A stretch of 64,000 nucleotides of DNA from Diadema antillarum (lineage: Eukaryota). The stretch's first letter is position 1. Every line of letters begins with the position of its first letter. Under the pieces are notes generated by a model, which saw only the letters and a program-made list of their open reading frames with translations, ran no database searches and was not told where the DNA came from. The stretch spans positions 1,798,001-1,862,000 of the forward strand of contig NW_027270912.1 of the NCBI RefSeq assembly GCF_040938485.1, written 5' to 3'. A program made the translations under genes and the position numbers. Below are positions 27,240 to 39,206 of the stretch, in pieces.

Positions 27240-28607
27240 GCCAAAAGCAAGACACAGAACCAAACTAAACAAATTAATGATCCATCAAAATGTCATTTTA
27301 CAGATATTAACCGGTCGCGGATATCTGAATAATTCATGAAAATCATTCGTTTGCGATGCGCAAGGATCCTCAACTGAAAACGATTTGATGTCGCTGCATC
27401 ATTCGCGAAATAGGTTCACATCTTACGAAGATGCATTCGTTCACGTTCAGTTGTTTTGTGTGAATTGCAATGTATGTAACATGATGAGTTTGGATATAAT
27501 CACATATTACTCGCAAGTGGAGATGCAGCGGGAGGTCTACTTGTGGTTTTAAGTCTTTAGAGTGTCGAACTCCTCCACTTAATCTTTGCATTTCATTGCA
27601 TGGATCTTTGTTTAAAAAAAAAAAGATGCTACTATATGGTTTTACAGTAAAGTTATTTTGACGTGTGACATTAACCATCTTGCATTTTTAACTGTTATAA
27701 GTTTACGCACATACAAAAAAAGAATGTTGTACACTACAACAAATGCGATAATGACGTATGCTTGCCTTGCTCATATATATTATGATTTAAGATGTTGCTG
27801 TAATGGCCTAGTGGGGATGCTTGTTTTTCCACAATTTTCTTTCTGCATTTCAATTTTGCATGTCAAAACTCATTGAATAATCCCTCAGGAGTTTTACTCA
27901 ATCATTATCATCTTAGATGACAATAGAATTTCCAAAATTTGTAAATTATAAATGAGACTCTTAAATTATCGTGTTATAAGTAAAGATACAGCCCTCGTTT
28001 TCGCAGTAACAATGGAACCTCAGGCCGTGGTATCAAATGCATCTATATAAGATGTAATACGTTTTCCATTCGCTTTGTCCTTACCAGTCACTCAGTTTCT
28101 GCCTGTATCTATGTAATTTTCCCCTCTCGTCTCTCTCTATATGTTACTTCGTCTTCTCTTCCTTGTGTTTCATTTGATATTGGCATATCTCTCATTTACA
28201 TTTTTCTTATCAATCTTTTCCCTTCTCAATTTCGTTTCCCCTCTCCTCTTTTCCTCCTATCCTCCTCCTCCTCCTTCTTCTTCCTTTTCTTTCTTAGTTT
28301 AAAGTCTTCTCTCCCCTCCCTCTCCATTTCCAATTGATCTCCCTCTCTCACCCTGTCTCCCATGCGTATAGGCCTACTCTTTTCTCTCCTTCTCAAAGCT
28401 TTATCTACCACTTTCACTGATTTCCTTCTCCTGAGCCATTCATTTTCGTTCTCAAGTATTTACTCCCTTCTTCCTCTTCTGCTCTATCCCTTCTTTTTTT
28501 AAATGAGCCTCACAATGATCACTAGATAAAATCATTGGTTGAGAATCGATAGATATTGTCAGAGGTTGTTATTAATGTTTGGTTATTCATTGTTTGCCTT
28601 CTCAGCG

Positions 28608-28681
28608 GCTTTATGCGTATAATGACCAGATAAGACTCTTAATTTAAATCACACGTCACGAGTTCGAATCCCGTCAAAAGC
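28608..28681 (+). other. Degenerate tRNA-like sequence (pseudo-tRNA or SINE head)
   Basis: B-box gagttcgaatccc within a partial T-arm. gcttt / aaaagc acceptor-like ends. No intact cloverleaf. Confidence 0.3.
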
Positions 28682-28845
28682 CTATTTACGCCCTTAATAT
28701 TTGACAATGTGTTTTTACTTACCATATCCCCTGTTCGCTCCGGTGTAAAACATGGTATATGTGTCAAAGCTATATGTGATGTAATGATGATAATGGCAGG
28801 GCCATCCGGTAAACAACAGTGGCAACACTGGAGAGACTGCCCTGG

Positions 28846-29056
28846 NNNNNNNNNNNNNNNNNNNNNNNNNNNNNNNNNNNNNNNNNNNNNNNNNNNNNNN
28901 NNNNNNNNNNNNNNNNNNNNNNNNNNNNNNNNNNNNNNNNNNNNNNNNNNNNNNNNNNNNNNNNNNNNNNNNNNNNNNNNNNNNNNNNNNNNNNNNNNNN
29001 NNNNNNNNNNNNNNNNNNNNNNNNNNNNNNNNNNNNNNNNNNNNNNNNNNNNNNNN
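28846..29056. other. Assembly gap
   Basis: N run. Confidence 0.97.
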
Positions 29057-32007
29057 GTATAATTATGAAAAGTTTGATTTTTTACGGTCACATATAAAGA
29101 ATATTTTAATGGTGCATAAGATTACAAGTAACTCAATTCCCCACTCACAAGTCAAGGTGAGGCAATGTCTTTTGTTTATAAGCCAAACAGATTTGTTAAA
29201 CAAACGAAATTCAACTAACGCCGTTTACTTTGCAATTCCATGTTCATAGAATTTTGATTGGCATAATGCGCATTACACTTCTCGCTACTCAAGGAGAGTA
29301 TTATAAAGTAGACGATTTAATTCCATCAGTGTTGAGGGAAGGATGCTAGGTGACACCTGACGACTAAGTTTAACCTGAAGAAGGGAAAAATGTAGTATAA
29401 TATAATCAATAATTATTAGTGCATCCTGCACCGGAGGACAAGGGCAGGCAAAGTATTAGCTCGCTGGCGGCATTCCTCCGAAGCGTGAAATCATCGATAT
29501 AGAATCTGAAATCGAACCGACGGTCTTTTTTTTTTTCAAGGGGGGGGGGGGGGGCGTTTTATTGGACTGAGATCATAGTGCCATCATTATTACTTCTTTT
29601 GCTTGTTTGTTTGTTTTTTACTGATTTATGGATATTCCTTCTTTGTTTCTTTAGATGGCAATGGGGTTAGTTGGCAGGAGGTATTGATATATTCCAAGAA
29701 AGCGATTCTAGGCTACGACGTGTACCGGGAACATCCATCAAGGGCGAGTTGGTGCATATTCATCCTGCAGCAATTTGTATTCGGTAGAGACATGGCTGCG
29801 CCTTGAGAGGGGAGTTCGATATCCCGAGGACGGCTAGTATTTCATAAACACATCCCGGGCTGCGTGCTTCTCAGACGACATAATCATCGGTTCTTTGCAT
29901 AGTGAAATCACAAACCTATGGGGCACGTACACACTGCTTTGTAGAGTGAATTATGCGTCCTCAAAGAAAAGAAGAAACAAAGGAATCAAAGGTAGAGCAA
30001 AAGAAAACCGTCCGCAAGGCAAGAAAAAGTTCCACAGGTATAAAGGCTTAGCCACCTAAAGATCCTAAAGAAATCTGTGGATTTCAACTGTCATTCGGAT
30101 CAATTAAACGTGATTGATATTCAAACGAGTAGAATGCAAGCATAATGAGCCTAGGGTGAGTGAAGGAGCAAGGCAAAGACCGGAAGTGAAATCCTTCAAC
30201 CTCCGACATCCCCCTTGAGGACATTTCGGTATGATAGTCTTCCAAGGAATAAAATCGTTTCTTCTTAGCTACTTCAATAATCTCAATGTACTATTGATGG
30301 AGATCCATAGGAAACAGGCAACACGTTATTATAGTGTATGCTTCACTCTGTTTTTGCCTTTTAATCACCTTTGAGATCTACTACGAGTGAGAAACTTCAG
30401 CGAATGATTTACAGCACTTGATCGTCCCTATGCGAATCCTGCTTACAGGTATCATCCTAGTTGTGGTATATAATGGTCGAGAATTTTAGGAGCCAGCAAA
30501 GAAGCCATTTAGCCTCTCTTGAGCGCGTCTGCGAACGCAATTTATACTCGAAATATCCCGTTCCGAAGTGAATTGCTTGTTGCAAATGCCAATGGCTACT
30601 TTATACTCCAGCAAAGGGATGCACGTAGCGTCCAAATTTACGTGCTGTGTTGGCGAGGGAACATTTTTGCGATCATCGCTCTTTGGCCCGTCAAGAAGTA
30701 GAGTAACTCCCTGAATACCGACAGCTCAGACGTTTCTTTCCTCTTTTTCTCCTTCTTCTTGCACGCATATTGTTTTTTGGATAGTGATGAGCTCTGGTGG
30801 GCAAAAAGAGAAAACCAAAATACCGATCTATATAATTATGATGCAACTATCCCCACATGGTTTGTGAGTGCAGCTACTATTTATGTCATGTGAATTAAAT
30901 TTTGTTTGAGATAAATTATGGTTCAAAAGTAAAGAATTAATGAAATAGAAGAACTGAAAAAGAGAAATCATGTCACATTTAAGAAAACAACTTCTTCATG
31001 AATAGGAAATTATTTTTTCTCCCCCCACTTTTTTTTTAAAGCTGTACCCTTTTAGTCTCTGTTTTGGTCATATCTTTCCTTCATTGTCAATGATGAAAAT
31101 AACCACCATTAGAGGTCGGTGTTTGATGGATGTAGCCTCAGAGCCCGGAATTCCCCGATGACTTAATGACGTTTTGCCACGTCTAACTTTGGCCTCTGTT
31201 TGACACTCTGTTCGAAATTCACATGCAAATTTTCGAGAGCTTTTTATCATACAACGCCAGCTTACGCCACACGAGAGATTCGAGTGTCATTAGCTTCCTC
31301 GTCCGCTTACTGCAGATCCAGATGCCCCGTGTCCATTTGTGGGATGGTGAGACACCTAAAAAATAAAAAGTCTGGTCGGTGCATTTTAAAGCAAAAGTTA
31401 TTTTAAGGATAAACCATATCGCCAAAATTTATGGCGTGTCCTGAGCTACGGTATACTGCTCGCATGATGAGTAGTAAGAAAACAGAAAGCAGAAGAGATC
31501 TTCGTATGGCTGTTGAGAAAGTTGGGTTATTCAGGGGTTTTGTTCACGAGAGGAAACGATATGGAGAGAACCTAAATACCTATGGACAGAACACAAAGAA
31601 ATCATTGCTGCAGGACGGAAGAGAGCTGGTTTTTCCGCATTTTCATGATCCAATAGCTTATAGGAAATCATAACAGAGCTAAGACAATAGAACAGCAACG
31701 CTCTTTGCACTCTCATGGACTATTGCTATACACCCCCCCCCCACACACACACACACACGCATGCATAATGTATTAATTGAGATTATCTCAGATCAAAACA
31801 GCGTACCCAGTAAAAAAAAAACGAAAAAAAAAAGATGGCTGATTCTATTGAGTTACGTAATAACTATATAGACACGATATTTGACAAAGACTAATAATTG
31901 ATTATTGACGCATTATCTTAGGTCCCTGCCTAACCACATATCTTTATCAAATGTACGTAAATATATCTTTTTACATTTATGAAAACCGGAAGGCCTGCTT
32001 ATAAGAA

Positions 32008-32040
<33 letters not shown>

Positions 32041-32095
32041 CTTCTTGGCCACCCACTGTGTTGTAGTTGTTCTTATATTGTAGGAACCGTTCTAC

Positions 32096-32118
32096 CATGG
32101 AGCTACTATAGCTCCATG
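32096..32118. mobile_element. 23-bp palindromic micro-insertion with 7-bp flanking direct repeat
   Basis: gttctac|catggagcta-cta-tagctccatg|gttctac. Confidence 0.6.
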
Positions 32119-33468
32119 GTTCTACGAACCTTTGTATTTTGATTTTTTTATTGAGGCCAATCTAGGCCATTTATTCTGCAAAATAAAACACCAAAACATA
32201 ATATCATAATGGCGTTTAAAATAAGAGCCAGGCAGCAGTGAAAACTTCACGTGCTTGTATAAGAAAGTTAACACCTTTTAATGTACAGTTCTCAGGTGCT
32301 CTCTCCAAAGTGATATCAGGGGACCACAAGGACTATCGTTCAATAATCTCTCATTTTATTTTCCGGCTATAAAGGTAATGACTGAAGAATCGCCGTCAAT
32401 AAGCTTTAAATTACTAACATATCAGTGGTTCACGCTATGGGGTTGTGGGGGCGTTTGAATGAGAATCGATCATATTCATTAAAATAGGACTTACGATGAA
32501 AAGAACGTCAAAATCCATACACAACTCACACTTCGCTGAAAACAAAACAAAAAAAAATGGCATGCGTAAGCGCATTGACGTATCATAGAGTGATACACGT
32601 TTTAGGGGGTCTGTCTTTTTCTTGGTGGCTTGTTGTTGTTCTTGTTCTTGTTCTTCTCAAGTCATGTGACACCACATCTAAACATAGGATTATTTCATAT
32701 ACCGTCATTTACAGACTGCATCACATCGCATGCGACTGGGAACTATGTTTGCTTGTAAGGATAACAGTAATGACAGTTCGAACATTATTGGTTATCATTA
32801 GCTTTTATTAATAATGGCATGTTCATGTTATAGCAGTGAGCGATTTTGTCGCTGTTGATGTCATTTCTTTTCCCAAAGATACCATATATCCTCGTCCCAG
32901 CAAGAAGGAGAAAATTTATTGAATTTCAGAGGACATGAATTCAATCAAAATACGTACGCTGACAAAGCCAATTTATTTGTTCGGTTTTCGTGTTTTTGTT
33001 TTGTTTTGTTTTGTTTTGTTTATCTAGTTTACACTATGCATATCATGTTCCGCGTCGTCACATACACCGATATTGATGTGCTTATCGTGTGTTGTATATC
33101 ATGAGTCCTACACAGTGCATGTTTGTGCATAACATGTTCTGCCTATAGGGAAACTGGAAGGCAACAAAGGGCTGGGGCCGTGATCCCAGCCTTCATCCAT
33201 ATTTTGGCTTTGAAAAATAACGAATATTTCTTGACTAGAAAAAGAGAAAACACATGTAAACGGGGGGGGGGGGAGAGGAACACTTACAAACCCACTAAGA
33301 CCGCAGATACATGTATTCGCTGGTTCCCACCCCTTTTCATCCCCCCTCCCCCCCCCCCCCCCCCGGCGTTGTCCCTGGATCCTACAGGGAGTAGGAAAGA
33401 CGGGTCCCCAGACACTCCCCCTCATCTCCTACTTTAATTGAAAAGAGAATAAGAGTGGCATCTTTTAA

Positions 33469-33878
33469 AGGGATGGTATACAGTTTCGGTTGAGATGGGG
33501 CTTCAGGTTTCCAACGTATTTTAAGATATTTTTTTTTTTCGAGATAATGAGAAACCTCTTATAAGGTACGAAACAGCATATAATTCTAAGTGGAATTCGA
33601 AGTTTACTTGATGAAAATTAGTTTTCAAATGGCTGAGATTTCCAAAACAAAGCGATTCTAGTGAAAGGTGGGGTCTACCTTTTATTGGAATCGCTTTGTT
33701 TGGCTTTATTTTTGGATATCGCAGCCATTTCACAACCGATTTTTTTTTTCAATAAACTTGAATTCCTCTCAGAATTGTATGTAGAAATCACATTTCAAAA
33801 CGTGATTTCTAAGTACTGAAGTATCTGGCAAAAAGTTAAAAGTTGAATCCTCATCTCAACCAATACTATACCTTCCTT
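33469..33878. mobile_element. Kolobok-like non-autonomous element, family K1 copy 1
   Basis: TTAA on both sides. TIR agggatggtata...ggttgagatgggg / cctcatctcaaccaatactataccttcctt. Three further copies in the window. Confidence 0.8.
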
Positions 33879-34079
33879 TTAACGTTCCGTATCCCTCACT
33901 GTGTGCATGTCGTCCTTTAATCTTGAGTCGCGATGTGTTAGGCGGTAAGAGGAGATGGCAAACTAAAAAGATGATAAGGAGAGTGGAGAACATAGCGCTG
34001 GGAAATAGGGATTCTGTAGAATCCAACACCCCTTTGCTCGCATTTTGCAGACTGTATTTAAGAACATCACTTTCTACGC

Positions 34080-34230
34080 NNNNNNNNNNNNNNNNNNNNN
34101 NNNNNNNNNNNNNNNNNNNNNNNNNNNNNNNNNNNNNNNNNNNNNNNNNNNNNNNNNNNNNNNNNNNNNNNNNNNNNNNNNNNNNNNNNNNNNNNNNNNN
34201 NNNNNNNNNNNNNNNNNNNNNNNNNNNNNN
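34080..34230. other. Assembly gap
   Basis: N run. Confidence 0.97.
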
Positions 34231-34386
34231 CTACCGATATGTGGAAAGCGATGTTCATATCATTTCTGTCTGTATTATTCATCAGCTGGAGTAAATGGAA
34301 ACAATACTCCCCGAGTCATCACCATCAATGCTCGTTATCGTTGACAGTGAACCTAAAAAGGAAACTAAGATTAATATTATACATAG

Positions 34387-34447
<61 letters not shown>

Positions 34448-34487
34448 CGGGTGTGAGTGTGTGGGGGAGAGGACAGCCGGGAGACAG

Positions 34488-34552
<65 letters not shown>

Positions 34553-35339
34553 GGAGAGGAAATGGAAAAGGGACACACAGTAAGTGAGAACAAAATAATT
34601 AATGTCCGTTGTTTTGTCAGAACGTTGAGTTTGGTCAACCTTCTATTTTTTACGGCCTCTTCTTGTCAATATTTTGCGTTGTGAAGGTACTGAACAGGAT
34701 AAACAAGGCCGAATTCACGTGTTTCGTACCATCTGTGCATGCAGCTAATACTGAGAGATCAGACAATATTAAAGACATTCGTATCTATTCACTTTGTCTA
34801 GCGCTAGTGCGAGTGATAAGCTATTAATTCACAGCAAAGCCTTCCCCTTTCAATTCTCTGAAGCCACTCAAGGATTTTTTTCCCGCCAACATCATTTTGT
34901 GGCCATGAAATATGACGGTAGCCCGGGGTTACCTTTTGAGTTTTAATGAATATCATAACTTACCCAATGATGCATGCGTACAATTTGAATAGATGTCAGT
35001 GGACGTACTGTATTATATAAGTAGATTAGTCTGTCGTTTTTGAGAATGATATGGAATGAGAAATCCTTCTTTTTACTGAGAAAAACAACAAGAAGAGGAC
35101 AAGGAGCCATTTTGTGTTGCGGGGATGATCGGGATATAATGCGCTATAATGTCAGCACCCTGTCCATTTAACGGCCAAAAGCTTCTTTATGCCCTCATTT
35201 CCACAAAGCAAGAGAAAGTGCATTGGCACCACAGCAGGGTCAAGGTGACTTTCACTGAAAAACGGTTAAAGTGGAATGGAACCCCAAATATAATCACGTG
35301 GATTGAGCAAAGTACAGAAATATCAGTCATAAGAATTGC

Positions 35340-35830
35340 ATAAATTATTATTAGAAATTTTCTAGTTGAAGACATTGGTGAAGTTTGAGTAAAATTGGAC
35401 AATCTGTTAAAAACAAAATGAATTGATAGTCTCGGTACCGCCATAAGATGGATAACAAGACTACATTAATTCGTGACGTCAGAGTAGGAAAACGATGTAA
35501 AGAAAGGTATTAAGATGATTTAACATGTGATGATTATTATCGTTTTTCTTGCATGAAGGAAGAGGGTCTGACTTACCTCTAAATGTATGTCATTAACAAA
35601 TGGAAGAATGTGTATCTTTTTAAAAATTAAATTTAAGGAAATTTGTGCTACAATGTGTTGCCTTTATACTTCCTTTCCATCGTTGTCGTACTGTGGCCAT
35701 GGTAACATCACGAATTTTCGTAGACCTCTTAGATATCCAAAGATGGCGGTATTACCGAAACGTTAAAAGTTCGTAAGTTTTGAACAGATTGTCCAAATTT
35801 CCTCAAACTTCCCAAGTATAGTGTGTTCTA
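35340..35830. mobile_element. Kolobok-like family K2, degenerate copy
   Basis: gaagtttgagtaaaattggacaatctgtt and its inverse aacagattgtccaaatttcctcaaacttc. Boundaries approximate. Confidence 0.5.
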
Positions 35831-36974
35831 TACTGATATTTCTGCACTCACTAAATTTGCATCTATATTTGGGTGTCATTTCCTTTAAAAAGTACCATGC
35901 ATTGTCCCATAAGTCTCACATTCACCTGTGCAGAATTCTTCCCTAAATTTCCCCTTATTTACAACGAAAAAGAAATGAAAGGGATGTTGTATTCTTCAAA
36001 TCATTGTATTACCGGGATAACCCAGCACCGATATCTTGGGGGTAGAGTAGAAGTTATTTTCCAAGAATTACGATACTAATTTCATCTTATTTCACCAGTA
36101 GTTTAAAAAAACACAAGAATTGAGTTGTAAGCTGATGGCATCACCTCCCAATATCCACATTGCTTACGTGACTGTGAGAAGTATCAATTTTCGTGAAAAA
36201 CATGACATTTGAAAATCCCGTAACATTCGTATTTCATGACCGATTTTGATGAAACTTTCAGCATTCTGTTCGTTTGAGCTTCCTGAACGTTAGCATGCGG
36301 TGTATAGGCCTATACTTGCACTTTAAAAGCAAACAGGCCAAAAACTCTGCGCCTTGTCTGAGTGTTCCGCCTCAATGATTCTCCCTATATAATGCCCTCA
36401 TCATTAAATGCACGACATGGCTCCACGATGTGGAATCTAATGATCCATTATACAGCCTTCGTGATTAATGCAACGGCTGAGCCCCGCTTCGATCGGCTGT
36501 CGCTCTTGGTATGATTTGACAGTATATTGACACCCGTTTATACCTGGAGATAATAATCATGGCGGAGAGTGCAACGCAAGCTGGGACATTATTGGCAGTG
36601 GCTCTCACGGGGACCACCTCGCAGGATCAGAGTCAGTAATGTTAAATGCTTTTGAAGAGAAACACTACTTTCTGACATGACATTAATGCTGCATATAATT
36701 ACTGAGCGATCGTTATGGAGTCAAGTTGGAACCTTGCGTGTCACACATATCACAATTCGTATAAATTCTTCAAATAATAAAATAAACCACAATCTATACC
36801 TGATAATAAGAATTGGGTCTTTGGGATTGATCGTTTTGTTTCTCTTGTTTCTTATATTTCTCAGAGGTAGATGTGAGTCTCTGTTCAAGGTTATAGAAAA
36901 CGTCGCCATCTCAACATACTTCGCCATCATGATCCCATACCGATAATGTTTGTTCTCTAAAACTGTCATTTTAA

Positions 36975-37379
36975 AAGGAGCGTATAGTTTTGGTTAAGAC
37001 CTAGCTTCAAGTTTCTAACATTTTTTTTGTGAGATAATGAGAAACCTCTTATGTAACACTAGTATGAAAGAGCATATAATTCCAAGAGGGATTCGGATTC
37101 AATGTTTATTTGATGAAAATTGTTTTTTTTTTTTAATGGCTGAGATACAGTATCCAAAACAGAGCAAATCAATTAAAAGGTGTGATCCACCTTTAATGAG
37201 GATCGCCTTGTTTTACTTTGTTTTTTGATATCTCAGCCCTTCCAGAACCGAATTTCATAATCTAAGATTTAAATTCCTCTTAGAATTGTATGCTATGTAT
37301 CATTTCATAAGTGGCTTCTTTGTATTTTGCAGAAAGTTAAAAGCCCAATCCTCAACTCCACTAATACTATACCATCCCT
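36975..37379. mobile_element. Kolobok-like family K1 copy 2
   Basis: ttaa|aaggagcgtatagttttggtt ... ctataccatccct|gtaa. Internal sequence aligns with 33469-33878. Confidence 0.75.
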
Positions 37380-37539
37380 GTAATAGGATATGTTGATGAT
37401 GTTGCTTTGTTACGGCTGCTCTTGTTCAATCTTGTACAGAAACTGTAACTATTTTCGTTGCGTTACTGTCAAAGACGAATTACTGCTGGCTGCGCATTGA
37501 TGACTGTCTGTCTGCAATCCACGTAGACCCACTGCTTTA

Positions 37540-37695
37540 ATTCACTTCAATTCACTTCACTTTACTTCAATTTACTTCAATTCAATTCAATTCAATTCAA
37601 TTCAATTCAATTCAATTCAATTCAATTCAATTCAATTCAATTCAATTCAATTCAATTCAATTCAATTTAACTCAACTCAACTCAACTCAATTCAC
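37540..37695. repeat. (TTCAA)n pentanucleotide microsatellite
   Basis: Direct reading. Confidence 0.95.
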
Positions 37696-38054
37696 CACAG
37701 GTGTGTGAATGAGGAATGAGGCCGGGGTACAGTGAAATCAATTTTTTGCGATTACTATTCTTTTAAAACCAGCTAGAACAACAGAAAATCAGTTCAAGAC
37801 AATGTTCCCCCCAAAAATGGATGGACCCAATAAAAATCAGGGGTGTAATGTACGAGTCCCATTAAAAATAACAAATCCACATGAATGGATGAGGACTAAA
37901 TTTCTAAATAGATTCGTTTCGTTAAAATTCAATTAAATTCATTTCCATCAACAAATAGTAATACATAATACAATGTATGCATTTGTCAATTCATGTTATT
38001 GTGAAATCAAAAAAAGAATACAAATCATGAAATAAAATACAAACAATATACGGA

Positions 38055-38485
38055 AAGCAGTAGATGACAGGTTCGAGTACCACTGGTTCCTTTTTTCCGA
38101 CATGTTTGTTAATTTACAGATCAGCAGTTGCGATCTTAACAAATTTAATTTGCAGAGGGAGACAAACTGAAGAAACTCACACCTGAACCTTCACCCCTCT
38201 GAATGATATCTTTCTTTCATTTATCCTATGCCTTGTCCGCCTTGGACTACTTAACATAACAATGTCGGAATTTCGGAGCTTGGGTATTTGTTCCATGTTC
38301 ATCGTGTCACTGCCGGCAACCAGGGACAGCCTGGTGGTAGTGTCGCTGCCCGGAAGGCAGTAGATGACAGGTTCGAGTCCCACTGGTTCCTTTTTTCCTA
38401 CATGTTTGTTAATTTACAGATCAGCAGTTGCGATCTTAACAAATTTAATTTGTAGAGGGAGACAAACTGAAGAAACTCACACCTG
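38055..38485. mobile_element. tRNA-containing retroposon-like insertion, about 1.44 units of a 300-bp repeat, 10-bp TSD
   Basis: 137-bp direct repeat (38051-38187 and 38351-38487). tRNA-like fold with B-box ggttcgagtccc at about 38315-38390. aatatacgga at 38045-38054 and 38486-38495. Confidence 0.7.
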
Positions 38486-38811
38486 AATATACGGATGATT
38501 ATATATCGAGAAAACAATGCACACTTTTCAATACAAACCGAGAATAAAGAGAACGATGGAAGAGCGTGATCTATATAGAGCAAAGCTTGTAAAACGTAGA
38601 TCACTCGAAGAAACGGCAATATAAAAATTACATATATTATATCAAAAATCAATCTGAACATGTTCCGTTAAAGCATTTGAATTTGATACACAGTATATAA
38701 CACTAATGATGCATATCATAATATGTATTGATGTATTATTATGTTACAAGAATCTACTATGATTTTGACGTTTGTATTACCTATGTATATTGCTAGGAAA
38801 TGAAAATAAAA

Positions 38812-38893
38812 CATGAATGAATGAATGAATGAATGAATGAATGAATGAATGAATGAATGAATGAATGAATGAATGAATGAATGAATGAATGAA
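38812..38893. repeat. (GAAT)n tetranucleotide microsatellite
   Basis: Direct reading. Confidence 0.95.
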
Positions 38894-39070
38894 TTTCGTG
38901 TTGTATTCGTGTGTTCGTGTTGTGAAATGAAATGAAATATGCGCTACATGCACTTGTTTTAGATGTATAAGCCCGCAACTCCAGAACACACCTTCAGGTC
39001 AGGATATATGAGACAATAGTTATGATCGCATGTGACGTATAAACGGTAACAGGTTGATACAAATCCACGG

Positions 39071-39107
<37 letters not shown>

Positions 39108-39122
39108 AGGGAGCAACACTAA

Positions 39123-39206
39123 CCCTCTGTGCGCCACGTTCAATTTCCTGTCCGTCGGTTTGTGTGTAAAATTTATGCACATTTTGACTCATTGGCGCAG
39201 AAAGGG
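39123..39206. mobile_element. piggyBac-like mini-MITE (~84 bp)
   Basis: ctaa|ccctctgtgcgcca ... tggcgcagaaaggg|ttaa: CCC...GGG termini and a TTAA-like target. Confidence 0.6.

Noticed and set aside
29953-30050. Lys/Arg-rich reading frames considered as the missing FCF1 N-terminus
   Set aside because: No match to GKxKK...MKRM, and no compatible splice phase.
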